A stretch of 64,000 nt of DNA from SAR86 cluster bacterium (GCA_023703615.1 CP097971.1:918315-982314); one strand, 5' to 3'; shown: positions 18,419 through 27,989, numbered from the stretch's first letter. Numbers and translations are program-made. Notes: generated by a model not told the origin, from the sequence alone.

Positions 18419-19397
18419 TATTAATTCCTTTTAAAATTTTATTTTTTAAATCTTGCTTTTCCATTTTTATTTTTTTTATATTATTTCTTATATTACAGTC
18501 ATTAAATTCTAGCTCAGATTTAATTGAGATTCTTGTTATAAGATTTGTCTTAATATACTTATATACTTGATCTTGATGTCTTTTTTCTTTTTTATGTTTT
18601 TCAGGATAAATTGTAACAACAGGCAGTCCACTACATATTGCTTCTGCAATCATTGTCGAGCTCTCTTCAGTTACAAAAATCATATCTGATTCGTTAAAAA
18701 GTTTCTGAAGATTAAAATTTGAATTGTCTTTATGATACCAGACTGAGCTTGAGTCACATATATCTTTTAGCTCTGCATGCATTAAATCTTCCAAAAAAAA
18801 CGGCGTCCTTCGAGAAGTAACAATTATTGGTGATATATTATTTTTAGTCGAAAATTTTTTTATGTTATTTATGAGCACATTAAAATCATTCTTTTGGAAG
18901 GTATAACCAGACCCATTTCCTCCAATTAAAAATAAAACTTTATTATTTTTTGAAGTTTTATTAACTAATTTAGTTGTATTTGGTGGGAAGAATGTTCGTA
19001 TATTCGAAGGTCCCTTTCGTTTATCCAAAGTTATGTGAAGTTTGTAATTGCTGGATAGAATCCCACTTGCTTTACCATTTTGTATTGTCATAACACTATA
19101 AATTTTTCCTAGAGATGCACATATATGTGCTGTGTTCCCTCCGGTTGCAATTAGTAAATCAACATTTTTAATTTTAATATCTTCATACAAACTTTTAATT
19201 ATTTTTGCATTACGAGTACTTAAATTTCTTGATAAGAATTTTTTATAAACTTTTATTAAGGCTCTCAAAAAACTATATTTTTGGTGAAGTGGAATTATTT
19301 CAAATTCAATAGAAATATCTTCACTCAATAAATTTATTATTCCTATTGATTGATTGACGTGGCCAGGAATACCATCACTTAAAATAGCAACTTTCAT
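18411..19397 (-). CDS. ELM1/DUF1022-like putative glycosyltransferase-fold protein
   Basis: N-terminus 'MKVAILSDGIPGHVNQSIGI' resembles the ELM1 family. This is a weak family-level call from memory. Confidence 0.4.
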   Translation of the reverse strand: MKVAILSDGIPGHVNQSIGIINLLSEDISIEFEIIPLHQKYSFLRALIKVYKKFLSRNLSTRNAKIIKSLYEDIKIKNVDLLIATGGNTAHICASLGKIYSVMTIQNGKASGILSSNYKLHITLDKRKGPSNIRTFFPPNTTKLVNKTSKNNKVLFLIGGNGSGYTFQKNDFNVLINNIKKFSTKNNISPIIVTSRRTPFFLEDLMHAELKDICDSSSVWYHKDNSNFNLQKLFNESDMIFVTEESSTMIAEAICSGLPVVTIYPEKHKKEKRHQDQVYKYIKTNLITRISIKSELEFNDCNIRNNIKKIKMEKQDLKNKILKGINNE

Positions 19398-19406
19398 AGT
19401 AGATGT

Positions 19407-20156
19407 TTAAGAAATTTTTGAATTTGATAGAACTACATCTACCTGAAAAGATGAGTCATCATAATTTTCAATAATTGCAGTCCCTCCTGCTGATTCAACT
19501 ATGGCTGCGCCTGCTGCAATATCCCATAAAAAAGTATTGAATTCTTTATACAAATCGACTTTGCCCGATGCAACATATGTAGATGCAATTGCGGCAGAAC
19601 CAATCATTCGTACTTTTTTCCAATTTTGGAAATCATTTATGAATTTACTAATAACTGCCTCAGAAAAATCTGACTTATTTGGAAGACCGGTAAGTAATAT
19701 TGCTCTATTTTTTTCGGTAACATTAGAAACATTTATCTCTTTATTGTTCTTTTTTGCTTTTGTGTAAATAGATCCCTCGTACATAAAATCGTTCTCAAAA
19801 TCATATATAACTCCTAATACAGGTTTAGAATCTTTAACTAAAGATATTGAAACTGCGCATATTGGTATATCTCTAGAATAGTTTACTGTTCCATCGAGTG
19901 GATCTACAACCCAATAAATAGAACCAAGATCCTCCGATGACTTACCAGACTCTTCAGCTAATATTGGAAAATTTGATTCTAATAAATGAGTTTTAATTAA
20001 GTTTTCTGATTCTGTATCAGCTAAAAGTTTAGTATCTCTACTAGACACAAAAGTCTCCAAATTTATTGTAAGTTTTTTTTTAAGCAAAAACTTGCCCGCT
20101 TGTTCAGCAGTTTTTTTTGCAAGTTCTAACTCTTTAATAATTAAGCTTTTTTCCAT
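19407..20156 (-). CDS. inositol monophosphatase family protein
   Basis: 'WVVDPLDGTVNY' and 'LWDIAAG' motifs. Confidence 0.8.
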   Translation of the reverse strand: MEKSLIIKELELAKKTAEQAGKFLLKKKLTINLETFVSSRDTKLLADTESENLIKTHLLESNFPILAEESGKSSEDLGSIYWVVDPLDGTVNYSRDIPICAVSISLVKDSKPVLGVIYDFENDFMYEGSIYTKAKKNNKEINVSNVTEKNRAILLTGLPNKSDFSEAVISKFINDFQNWKKVRMIGSAAIASTYVASGKVDLYKEFNTFLWDIAAGAAIVESAGGTAIIENYDDSSFQVDVVLSNSKIS

Positions 20157-21277
20157 TAATAATCTTTGCTATATTGCACCCTATATATCGCATTATATTT
20201 ATCATCAGATATTAATAGTGAGCCATCATTCATCACAAATGGGGAAACGGGCCTTCCCCATGCATTTTCATCTTCTAACCATCCATTTATGAAATCTTCT
20301 TGATAAAGATAATTGCCATTATCATCTAAATTTACAAAAACAATTTTGTATCCAGATTTCTTTGTTCTATTCCAAGAACCATGAAGTGCAATAAATACTC
20401 CATTTTGATATTTTTTTGGAAACATACTATCGTCATAGAAAGAAATACCCAATGGAGCAACATGAGGCCCAAGTTCAGCAATTGGATCTATAAATTCTCT
20501 ATTAATAGTTGGAATTAAATTTCCGAATTTAGGATCAATGACATTTTTTGCATGCTTGTAAGGATATCCATAAAAGCTTCCTTCCTCATTAATTACGTTT
20601 AATTCACATGATGGTGAATCATCTCCCAGCCAATCTCGTCCATTGTCTGAAAAATACATTTTTTTTGTAATAGGATGCCAATCAAAACCAACACTATTTC
20701 TTACGCCTTCTGCAACAGGTATTAATTTGCCATTTAATAGTTTATGTATTGCTGCATACCTAGGATCTTTTTTTTGAGGCTCAAGGCATATATTACATGG
20801 CACACCAACGGGAATATACATGTTCCCATCAGGCCCAAAATCTATATATTTAAAGCCATGCCATCTGTCTGAAGGAAGCCCATCAAAATATAATTCTTTT
20901 TTTGGAATCTGATCATCGTATGATTCAACCCATTTATCTATATTTTCAATTTTCCAAATTTTATCAATTTCAGAAAAATATAAATCCTTATTCCAATATG
21001 TTACGCCTGTTGGATTTTCTAAATCTTTAGCAACAATATATTTATTTTCGATAATACCATCATTATCTTTATCAATAAGTGCAATTATTGAGTCGCCATT
21101 CTTGGACCCGACAAAAATATAACCATTTTCAGATTGTGTTATCTGTCTTGGTGATTCAATGTTGCTTGCATAAATTGATATCTTGAAACCATCTGGTAGA
21201 GTCAATTTTTGTAAATTATCATCACTAAATATGTTGAGTGTAAAAATAAATAAATAAAACCAAACTTTATTCTTCAT
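20156..21277 (-). CDS. PQQ-dependent sugar (sorbosone/aldose) dehydrogenase family beta-propeller, secreted
   Basis: Signal peptide, then 'RNSVGFDWHPITKKMYFSDNGRDWLGDDSPSCELN...GSFYGYPY', typical of the GSDH family. Confidence 0.7.
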   Translation of the reverse strand: MKNKVWFYLFIFTLNIFSDDNLQKLTLPDGFKISIYASNIESPRQITQSENGYIFVGSKNGDSIIALIDKDNDGIIENKYIVAKDLENPTGVTYWNKDLYFSEIDKIWKIENIDKWVESYDDQIPKKELYFDGLPSDRWHGFKYIDFGPDGNMYIPVGVPCNICLEPQKKDPRYAAIHKLLNGKLIPVAEGVRNSVGFDWHPITKKMYFSDNGRDWLGDDSPSCELNVINEEGSFYGYPYKHAKNVIDPKFGNLIPTINREFIDPIAELGPHVAPLGISFYDDSMFPKKYQNGVFIALHGSWNRTKKSGYKIVFVNLDDNGNYLYQEDFINGWLEDENAWGRPVSPFVMNDGSLLISDDKYNAIYRVQYSKDY

Positions 21278-21306
21278 AATTAAAATAATAAAAATCTTAG
21301 ACTATA

Positions 21307-22701
21307 ATGGTATATATGCAGACTAGTCTAACATTATCAATTCTTTTTTTAAGTTTTTTTGCTTCGATTACATTTAACGGTCTTTTAAGAAATATTGCAA
21401 AAAAAAGAAAAATTTTAATTGATATACCAGATAAGAGTAGAAAATTTCACTCTAGATCAACACCATTAACAGGAGGGATCGGAATTTTTCTGGGCATGAT
21501 AACTGCAGCTATCCTTCTTACTGGTCTAACTGAAGGGGAGTATAATTTTAAATTTAAGGATCAAGGTATTATTTCTAATATCTCTGGTAACAGTAATTTA
21601 GTTTACAAAAACTTTGAAGTAAATAATGAAGACTATAAATTATCACTAATATCAGATACAGACTCTGACAAGATTTCAGTAGGTATTGATACATTATCAA
21701 ATAAAGAAAGAAATTCAAAAATTGATATAGAGCCAATATCTGATAATAAATTCAAAGTTATTTTATCTAATGGTGAATATCAAATATTTATTGTTCAAGA
21801 TAATAAAGTTTCAGAAATATCTCCAAATAATGAAGAAATTTTAAACGAATACATAACCAAAAATACCGATGATTTAAGGATAAATGTCAATGATTTTGCT
21901 TTTTATTTATATTTATTTGGATTGTTAGTATTGATTTTTATGATTCTGGATGATTATTATGGTCTAAAAGCAATAACTAGACTTTTTTTTCAAGGATCGA
22001 TTGCAGCAGCAATGATTTTTTTTAGTGGCGAATACTTGGTTTCTCTTGGAAATTTATTTAGCTCAAATGAAATCATACTCGGAGCAATTGGAATACCATT
22101 TACAATCTTTTGTGTAGTAGGATTAATGAATGCATTTAATATGATAGACGGTTTAAATGGTATTTGTGCCTCCTTTGTATTAATTCCCTTGGTATTTCTT
22201 ACTTTTTTAGGAAAGTTTTCATACGGACTTTTAATTCCTATTGGAGCACTTCTAGGATTTTTAGCATATAACTTGGGTTATCTAGGAAAAAAAAGAAGTG
22301 TATTTTTAGGAGATAGTGGATCTAACTTACTTGGATTCATGATTGCATTTATATGTATTGAATATAGTCAAAACATCACACATGCTAGTTATATTAATCC
22401 AGTAACAGCATTATGGTTAGTTGCGCTGCCTCTTATTGATTGTCTTGGAGTCATGTTTTCTAGATCAATGAATGGTATTATGCCTTTTCGTCCTGGAAGA
22501 GATCATCTGCACCATAAATTATTAGATATGGGTTTTAAACCAAAAAGTATTTTATTAATATTTATAAGCGCTTCAATATTTCTCTGTGGTTTTGGCTTTT
22601 TGTTACAAACACTCTTTTCAGATAGCTCATATATATCTTTTTACATTTTTGTATTATTCTCTTTATTATTTTATTTATTTACAAAAAAAAGGAAAATTTA
22701 A
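21307..22701 (+). CDS. polyprenyl-phosphate N-acetylhexosamine-1-phosphate transferase (WecA/MraY family) with ~120-aa loop insertion
   Basis: 'PDKSRKFHSRSTPLTGGIGIF', 'ILDDYYGL', 'NAFNMIDGLNG', 'FLGDSGSNLLGF' and 'RDHLHH'. At 464 aa it is longer than my recollection of ~350-370 aa for the family. Confidence 0.8.
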   Translation: MVYMQTSLTLSILFLSFFASITFNGLLRNIAKKRKILIDIPDKSRKFHSRSTPLTGGIGIFLGMITAAILLTGLTEGEYNFKFKDQGIISNISGNSNLVYKNFEVNNEDYKLSLISDTDSDKISVGIDTLSNKERNSKIDIEPISDNKFKVILSNGEYQIFIVQDNKVSEISPNNEEILNEYITKNTDDLRINVNDFAFYLYLFGLLVLIFMILDDYYGLKAITRLFFQGSIAAAMIFFSGEYLVSLGNLFSSNEIILGAIGIPFTIFCVVGLMNAFNMIDGLNGICASFVLIPLVFLTFLGKFSYGLLIPIGALLGFLAYNLGYLGKKRSVFLGDSGSNLLGFMIAFICIEYSQNITHASYINPVTALWLVALPLIDCLGVMFSRSMNGIMPFRPGRDHLHHKLLDMGFKPKSILLIFISASIFLCGFGFLLQTLFSDSSYISFYIFVLFSLLFYLFTKKRKI

Positions 22702-22703
22702 AA

Positions 22704-23141
22704 ATGCTTAATTTTTTTAAGAAGAAGAAAATTGAAAATGAAATTAAAGAATCAAAATATGACATTAGATTAATTGGATCTATTCTTGCCTATGAAATAG
22801 CGCGTTCTGATGGAGATATTGATGAAATCGAATTAGAGCTAATTTTAAATCAAATTAAAACAATTAGCTTGGAAGTTGAACAAAGTGAGGAAGATATTCT
22901 TAATTTAGTGGAAACCTATCATCAGGACAATGTTTCGTTCAATGAATTTATTAATGATATTAATATCAATTTTTCTTCTGATGAAAAAAATGAGCTTATT
23001 AGGTTTCTTTGGGAAGTTGCATATGCTGATAAAACTCTTGAGATCAATGAAGAAAGATTGATAAGAAGAATAGCTGATTTAATTAATTTAAAAGATATAA
23101 AGGTTCTTAAATTAAAGAATGATGCAAAAAAAAATAATTAA
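22704..23141 (+). CDS. TerB-family (tellurite-resistance TerB / DjlA N-domain-like) protein
   Basis: Two-halves pattern 'ILAYEIARSDGDIDEIELE' and 'LWEVAYADKTLEINEERLIRRIADLINL'. Confidence 0.6.
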   Translation: MLNFFKKKKIENEIKESKYDIRLIGSILAYEIARSDGDIDEIELELILNQIKTISLEVEQSEEDILNLVETYHQDNVSFNEFINDININFSSDEKNELIRFLWEVAYADKTLEINEERLIRRIADLINLKDIKVLKLKNDAKKNN

Positions 23142-24928
23142 AAATCTATATAACTGCTATGTTCTTTTATAAAAGCCATCGCATCGGATCGTTTGCAATT
23201 GCCACTAAAATTTTTGATATGGTCATCGTAAATATCTTCGCCTACAAAAGTAGTGACTTGAAAAAATACTACGCACTTTTCTATTTCATTTAATCTATCA
23301 TCCGCATTTAATTCCGTAATAAGTTTATTAAAAGTATTTTTTAGATAATTCATTTTTAGATTAGGCTTGTTATCAATTACTATTAAATTGTGTTGATTTT
23401 TATCAATGGGTTGATATTTGTTCCACTCAACTCCATTTGATGATATTCCTGGTTTACCAAAGTAGGCAAAATTTTTCCAAAAATTCATCATATTTTTTGA
23501 TGTAAATCTTTTCGAAGGTCCTTTTGGATAAATTAAAAATCCATAATCGCCAACTAAACCATCATCTCCTGAAATTAGAGGAATTTCTGTAGCATGAGCA
23601 GCACCAAACAATTCTTTAAAGTTAGCCACATAAAAGCTTCTATGGTCATCCCAATCAAACCTGTATAAATATAAATTATTGTTGTCTGCAATGTTTAATA
23701 ACATAGCAGGCTCTAAAACGCCCCTAATTTGCCAAGCAGCACTTCTATAATAATTGAATGCCTCAAATGCATTCTTATCAGCTAATACAACTTTCGGAAT
23801 ATTTAGGATTTCTCCTATTAATGAGTATTCAACATCAACAAAATAGTCTGCTGTACCAAGCCATAATTTGACTTCATCTTTGTTAGAACCAAGAATCATT
23901 GGTACATTATTAACGTGCTCTTTTTTTCCAAGGGCATGTTTTAAACCAATTTCAGGTATTACTATGCCATCTGAAGTCAATAAAGGAATATCTTGATTTG
24001 AGTCACTAGAGGTATAAAATTTAAAAATTTCAGATGCTTTTGAACTCTTAAGCAAATTTCTAACATTTTCATCATCAAGTTTTTGAGACGAATTTTTAAG
24101 AAGGTAATTTACTAGTTTTGAGCTAGTATAATCGGAGGTATTTGAAATTTTACTTTGTTTATAAGCATTTTCTGGACTAATTGAAGTAGTGTAGCCTGAC
24201 TGTACTATGGCTTTGTTAAATAAACCAGAAGCCTGAGAGGAGACAATTAACGAAAGTACATTATGACCTCCTGCAGATTCCCCAAATATTGTAATATTAT
24301 TAGAATCACCACCAAACTTTTCAATGTTATTTTTAGTCCAGTTTAATGCACTTATTATATCAAGAGTTCCAAAATTTGAGGTTTGATCTAGTCCATCTTG
24401 ATTTTTTTGAATTGCTGGATGTGAAAACCACCCAAATGGTCCTAACCTATAATTTATAGATACAACAATAACATTGTGTTTTCTTACAAATTTAGAGAAA
24501 TCATAAATATCTTTTAAGCCTGAAACATTGCCTCCACCATGAATCCAAAACATAACTGGTAAAAGTTTGTTATTTGAATAATTTGTTGGTGCTTTGATAT
24601 CTAGATATAAACAATCCTCTTTGCCAACAAAAAAATTGTCACCGTCAACTCCGCCAAGATTTGATGGTTCTTGGATGCAAAAATTATTATCTTTATCGCT
24701 AATTAGTGCATCTTGTGTATTTATTAGCCTTGGAGCCCGCCATCTTAGGTCGTTTATGGGTGGTGCAGCATATGGAATGTCATTCCAATACAATATTCTG
24801 TTTTTTATAACGGCCTTGGTTATACCAGAACTAGTTTTCACAGTATATTTCTCATTGTCAGCATTTAAAGACACAAAGAAAAAGGCGCAAACCATGATAT
24901 GAATATATTTTGTGAAACTAAAACGCAT
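23138..24928 (-). CDS. type-B carboxylesterase/lipase family protein, secreted
   Basis: 596 aa. 'EDCLYLDI', the nucleophile elbow 'FGESAGG' and an N-terminal hydrophobic signal. Confidence 0.85.
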   Translation of the reverse strand: MRFSFTKYIHIMVCAFFFVSLNADNEKYTVKTSSGITKAVIKNRILYWNDIPYAAPPINDLRWRAPRLINTQDALISDKDNNFCIQEPSNLGGVDGDNFFVGKEDCLYLDIKAPTNYSNNKLLPVMFWIHGGGNVSGLKDIYDFSKFVRKHNVIVVSINYRLGPFGWFSHPAIQKNQDGLDQTSNFGTLDIISALNWTKNNIEKFGGDSNNITIFGESAGGHNVLSLIVSSQASGLFNKAIVQSGYTTSISPENAYKQSKISNTSDYTSSKLVNYLLKNSSQKLDDENVRNLLKSSKASEIFKFYTSSDSNQDIPLLTSDGIVIPEIGLKHALGKKEHVNNVPMILGSNKDEVKLWLGTADYFVDVEYSLIGEILNIPKVVLADKNAFEAFNYYRSAAWQIRGVLEPAMLLNIADNNNLYLYRFDWDDHRSFYVANFKELFGAAHATEIPLISGDDGLVGDYGFLIYPKGPSKRFTSKNMMNFWKNFAYFGKPGISSNGVEWNKYQPIDKNQHNLIVIDNKPNLKMNYLKNTFNKLITELNADDRLNEIEKCVVFFQVTTFVGEDIYDDHIKNFSGNCKRSDAMAFIKEHSSYIDF

Positions 24929-24986
24929 TGTTGTTATATTATTTAATTGAAATTATTTTATTTTTGAAAGAAATTATATATTAAAT

Positions 24987-25063
24987 CGGGATGTAGCGCA
25001 GTCTGGTAGCGCACTACACTGGGGGTGTAGTGGTCGTCGGTTCAAATCCGGCCATCCCGACCA
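24987..25063 (+). tRNA. tRNA-Pro (anticodon GGG)
   Basis: Hand-folded cloverleaf. Acceptor CGGGATG/CATCCCG, D stem GCGC/GCGC, anticodon stem CTACA/TGTAG with loop CTGGGGG (GGG at 25021-25023). T arm GTCGG-TTCAAAT-CCGGC, discriminator A, encoded CCA. Confidence 0.9.
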
Positions 25064-25258
25064 ATTTAAATATTCACAATAATTTCACAATAATGAAATA
25101 AAGCACGTGTATAGTATTTTATTGGCATGAAAATTGCCTTACATTATATATATGTATGTATATTTAAGTTTATTAATAAAAATGTATAAAAATTAGCAAA
25201 TCATGTTATTTTTATCTATAATCTCTCAGATAATTATTAAATAATAGGGTTAAAAATT

Positions 25259-25783
25259 ATGGCAAAATTCATTAAATCAAAATTCAGAGTTCTTTGGGGT
25301 ACGGTTTTTGCATTCTTTTATGGCTTCTTTGCCTCAGAAGCAATAGCTGATGACCACGAAGGAGATATGGCAGAAGAGGAAAAGGCTCCAGATAGCAAGT
25401 TGAGTCCTGGTGCAATTGCAGCTGCAGTAGCAGCGGCAGCTGCTTTAATAGCATCTGATAGTGATGATAGTTCGGCAACACCAGCACCAGCACCATTACC
25501 ATCACCAACGCCTACGCCTACGCCTACGCCTACACCAACGCCTACGCCTACGCCTACGCCTACGCCTACGCCAACGCCAACGCCAACGCCAACGCCTACG
25601 CCTACGCCTACGCCAACGCCTACGCCAACGCCTACGCCAACGCCTACAACACCGGCAACTACTACTAGTACTAGTACTAGCACAAGTACAACACCAGCAA
25701 CAAGTACAAGTACAAGTACAAGCACAAGCACAAGCACAAGTACAAGTACAAGTACAAGCACAAGTACAAGCACTGGCACATAA
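25259..25783 (+). CDS. secreted low-complexity protein: signal peptide, acidic/Ala-rich segment, (PT)24 and (ST)n tracts
   Basis: 'MAKFIKSKFRVLWGTVFAFFYGFFASEAIA' signal, then 'PTPT...' and 'STST...' to the C-terminus. Followed by a strong terminator. No globular domain. Confidence 0.7.
   Translation: MAKFIKSKFRVLWGTVFAFFYGFFASEAIADDHEGDMAEEEKAPDSKLSPGAIAAAVAAAAALIASDSDDSSATPAPAPLPSPTPTPTPTPTPTPTPTPTPTPTPTPTPTPTPTPTPTPTPTPTPTPTPTTPATTTSTSTSTSTTPATSTSTSTSTSTSTSTSTSTSTSTSTGT
25505..25648 (+). repeat. hexanucleotide tandem repeat (CCW-ACG)x24 encoding Pro-Thr
   Basis: Read directly: cca acg cct acg cct ... in the CDS frame. Confidence 0.95.
25667..25774 (+). repeat. hexanucleotide tandem repeat (AGY-ACW)n encoding Ser-Thr
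   Basis: Read directly: agt act agt act agc aca agt aca ..., with one short interruption (aca cca gca aca). Confidence 0.9.
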
Positions 25784-25798
25784 TCAATACATGAATAC

Positions 25799-25827
25799 AA
25801 AAATAGCGGCTTAGCCGCTATTTTTTT
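25799..25827. terminator. bidirectional rho-independent terminator
   Basis: aaaaatagcggc-tta-gccgctattttt is a perfect 12-bp stem with A and T runs on either side. It lies between convergent genes. Confidence 0.8.
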
Positions 25828-25840
25828 GTATATAAATTAA

Positions 25841-27981
25841 TTAATTAAGAAATCCATTCCATTGATCATTTAGTTCGTATCTAGATGAGTTATAAATCAA
25901 ACCCCTAAGATCTTTATCAAAAATTAATTTAGCACCGCCATCTCTTGTAAGAGGCGCTAATTTAAAAGTTGAGTAATTACCTTTATAATTATTATCAAAA
26001 AAATCTATAGGTATCTGGAAATAAAACCCCTTATCAAAACTACCCTCTCCAAATGTTTCGGCTGAAATATTAGTTCTTGTAAAGTAAACTCCTGCCTTAA
26101 AACCCGATTGAGTTCTTCTACCGATATCCAAAGTATAACCATCATCTTTTGCAAGGTATCTGCCAAAACTTAAATTAGATTCAATACCAGCTGCAAATCT
26201 ATAGCCGAGATTTATATGTCCTGTAACAGTCTCATATTCTTGAAAATTAAACCTTTGATCAAATGTTCTTTGTTTTACGTGAAATAGCTCAAGTCCCAAA
26301 TTATAGTTTTTATTAAAAGGCTTGTATAAAAGCTCTCCACCAAAACCTCCAAACATTTGCTCAAAAATACCGCCACTAATCTTTGCATAAACCTCTTTAT
26401 GAGGCGACCAAATATAATCTAATTGCATTCTTCCTATGTATGGGTCATCTTCTTTAAGATATTGAACCATATCAGTTCTAACATGTTCCATTACAGACCC
26501 TGGGCCTGAGATAGTATTTCTGAAATTATCATATAGCCGAAGATTAAGTTCACTTGAAAGAAGAAGATTTCTTGAAAATTGAATCTCAGAAATATGTTGA
26601 AGATTAATACCTCCAAAATAAAATCTTTCTGGATTACCAATATGAGACACTATTGTGGGGCTAATGGATGAAAAGATAGAGGGAAATATAACGCGTGGCC
26701 TAAATTCATCATCTAAGAAATGATTAGGATCTCCAGAATCTATTCTAGAATTTCTAATTTTTAATTCTATTGGAGTATTTAAATTCTCATTAACATGATC
26801 GGCGATATAAGTTATGTTATTCAGCTCGATACCAGCATTGATGTGAGAGATATTAATTAAGCTTAAATCAATCTCATTTAAGTCTGCAACCTTTTTTGAT
26901 ATAGATGCAGCATATGATGATGACCTTATTGCATTTCTGTGATCAGATGTTGAGATAGATACATCAAGGTTACCATTTTTATGCAATGTAGAAGTTTGAA
27001 GGAAAAGTCTGTTGCTATTTAAGTTATTAAGAAGATCTTCATAAAAAATATTTTTCTCTCCTTTTATATCATTTTGCTTAATAACTTTAGGTTTAAATTT
27101 TGGTTTAGTTGACAGAGAGTTATCAAAGGTAATTGCTAAATTAAAACTTAAATTAAAAGTGTTACCCTTTATGTAAGATGCATCTATAGTCATATGCTTG
27201 TTTAGTGTATAACTTAAACCAAAATTTATGTCAGTGTCTTTCCTTCTGAGTGCATCTATCGCATCCCCTCTATTGTTTGCAGAAAAATTTAAATAATCTA
27301 AAGGATCGTATTCAAGTTTTAAATTTAAACTTCTAGCAAAAGATAGTGAGTGTTCAATACCACCAAAAACGGTTGCATCTCCTCTAAACCATTGATCATA
27401 TGAAGGAGATCCTCCTAATTTATAATTATTTGATGTAGCTGGCCTTGAAGAAAGAGATGAGAATAGACGAGATAAAGGATTTTTAAAAGAATTATCTCCA
27501 GCATACTTACCCCAACCCATTCCAACTGTAAGTTTAGTATTATTAAATTGATTGGTTGCAACAATATATTCTTTAGTAAAAAAACCTGTTCCAGCAAAGT
27601 CATCTAAACCAATGGCTAAATTAGGAATATTATTATTTTTTGGTCTATAAATAAACTTAACATTAAAACCTTTGTCGAGGTAATGACCTCTAACTTTGTT
27701 GCCTTCCCACCTTAGATCTGATGGTCTGTAATAAAAATAACTCGCTTCAAGCCAATCAAATGGTGAAGCAGTAAGCGTTCCAAACTTCCACATATCATTT
27801 TTATTAAGAGTTAAAGCTATTGAACCCTCGGGTCTTGAATCGGCAACTGGAGTCTGAATTAAGCCAATTTGCCCAAATGAATTATAAGAAAAGTTATAAA
27901 TCTGTTTACTATTTGGCTTTAAATAATCTAAATATCCAGAGTGAATTGAAGTACTAAAAATTAATAAAAAAAAAATCTCAT
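25841..27981 (-). CDS. YjbH/GfcD-like outer-membrane polysaccharide-export beta-barrel; N-terminus out of frame with its ATG at a T10 tract
   Basis: 'GLIQTPVADSRPEGS...ASPFDWLEASYFYYRP' is the YjbH-family N-terminal region. The frame is open to 27985 but the only ATG (27981) is in another frame. One extra T would give 'MRFFFLLIFSTSIHSG...'. Confidence 0.7.
27966..27975. repeat. A10/T10 homopolymer at the 5' end of the yjbH-like gene
   Basis: Counted directly: ttaat-aaaaaaaaaa-tctcat. Confidence 0.95.
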
Positions 27982-27989
27982 TAAACTAT

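Noticed and set aside
25073-25094. Perfect tandem duplication of the 11-mer ttcacaataat just 3' of tRNA-Pro, considered as a possible att remnant.
   Set aside because: It has no similarity to the tRNA 3' end and I saw no partner copy elsewhere in the window. An AT-rich short duplication is easily produced by slippage.
25505-25774. Could the dense repeats be a CRISPR array?
   Set aside because: The unit length is 6 bp, strictly tandem with no spacers, and in frame within a CDS. It is a coding microsatellite, not a CRISPR array.
25284-25814. Three extra ORFs across the PT/ST repeat (160 aa and 74 aa on the minus strand, 117 aa on the plus strand in another frame).
   Set aside because: The hexamer periodicity keeps several frames stop-free. 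Only the 25259 frame has a start context, a signal peptide and a terminator directly after its stop.
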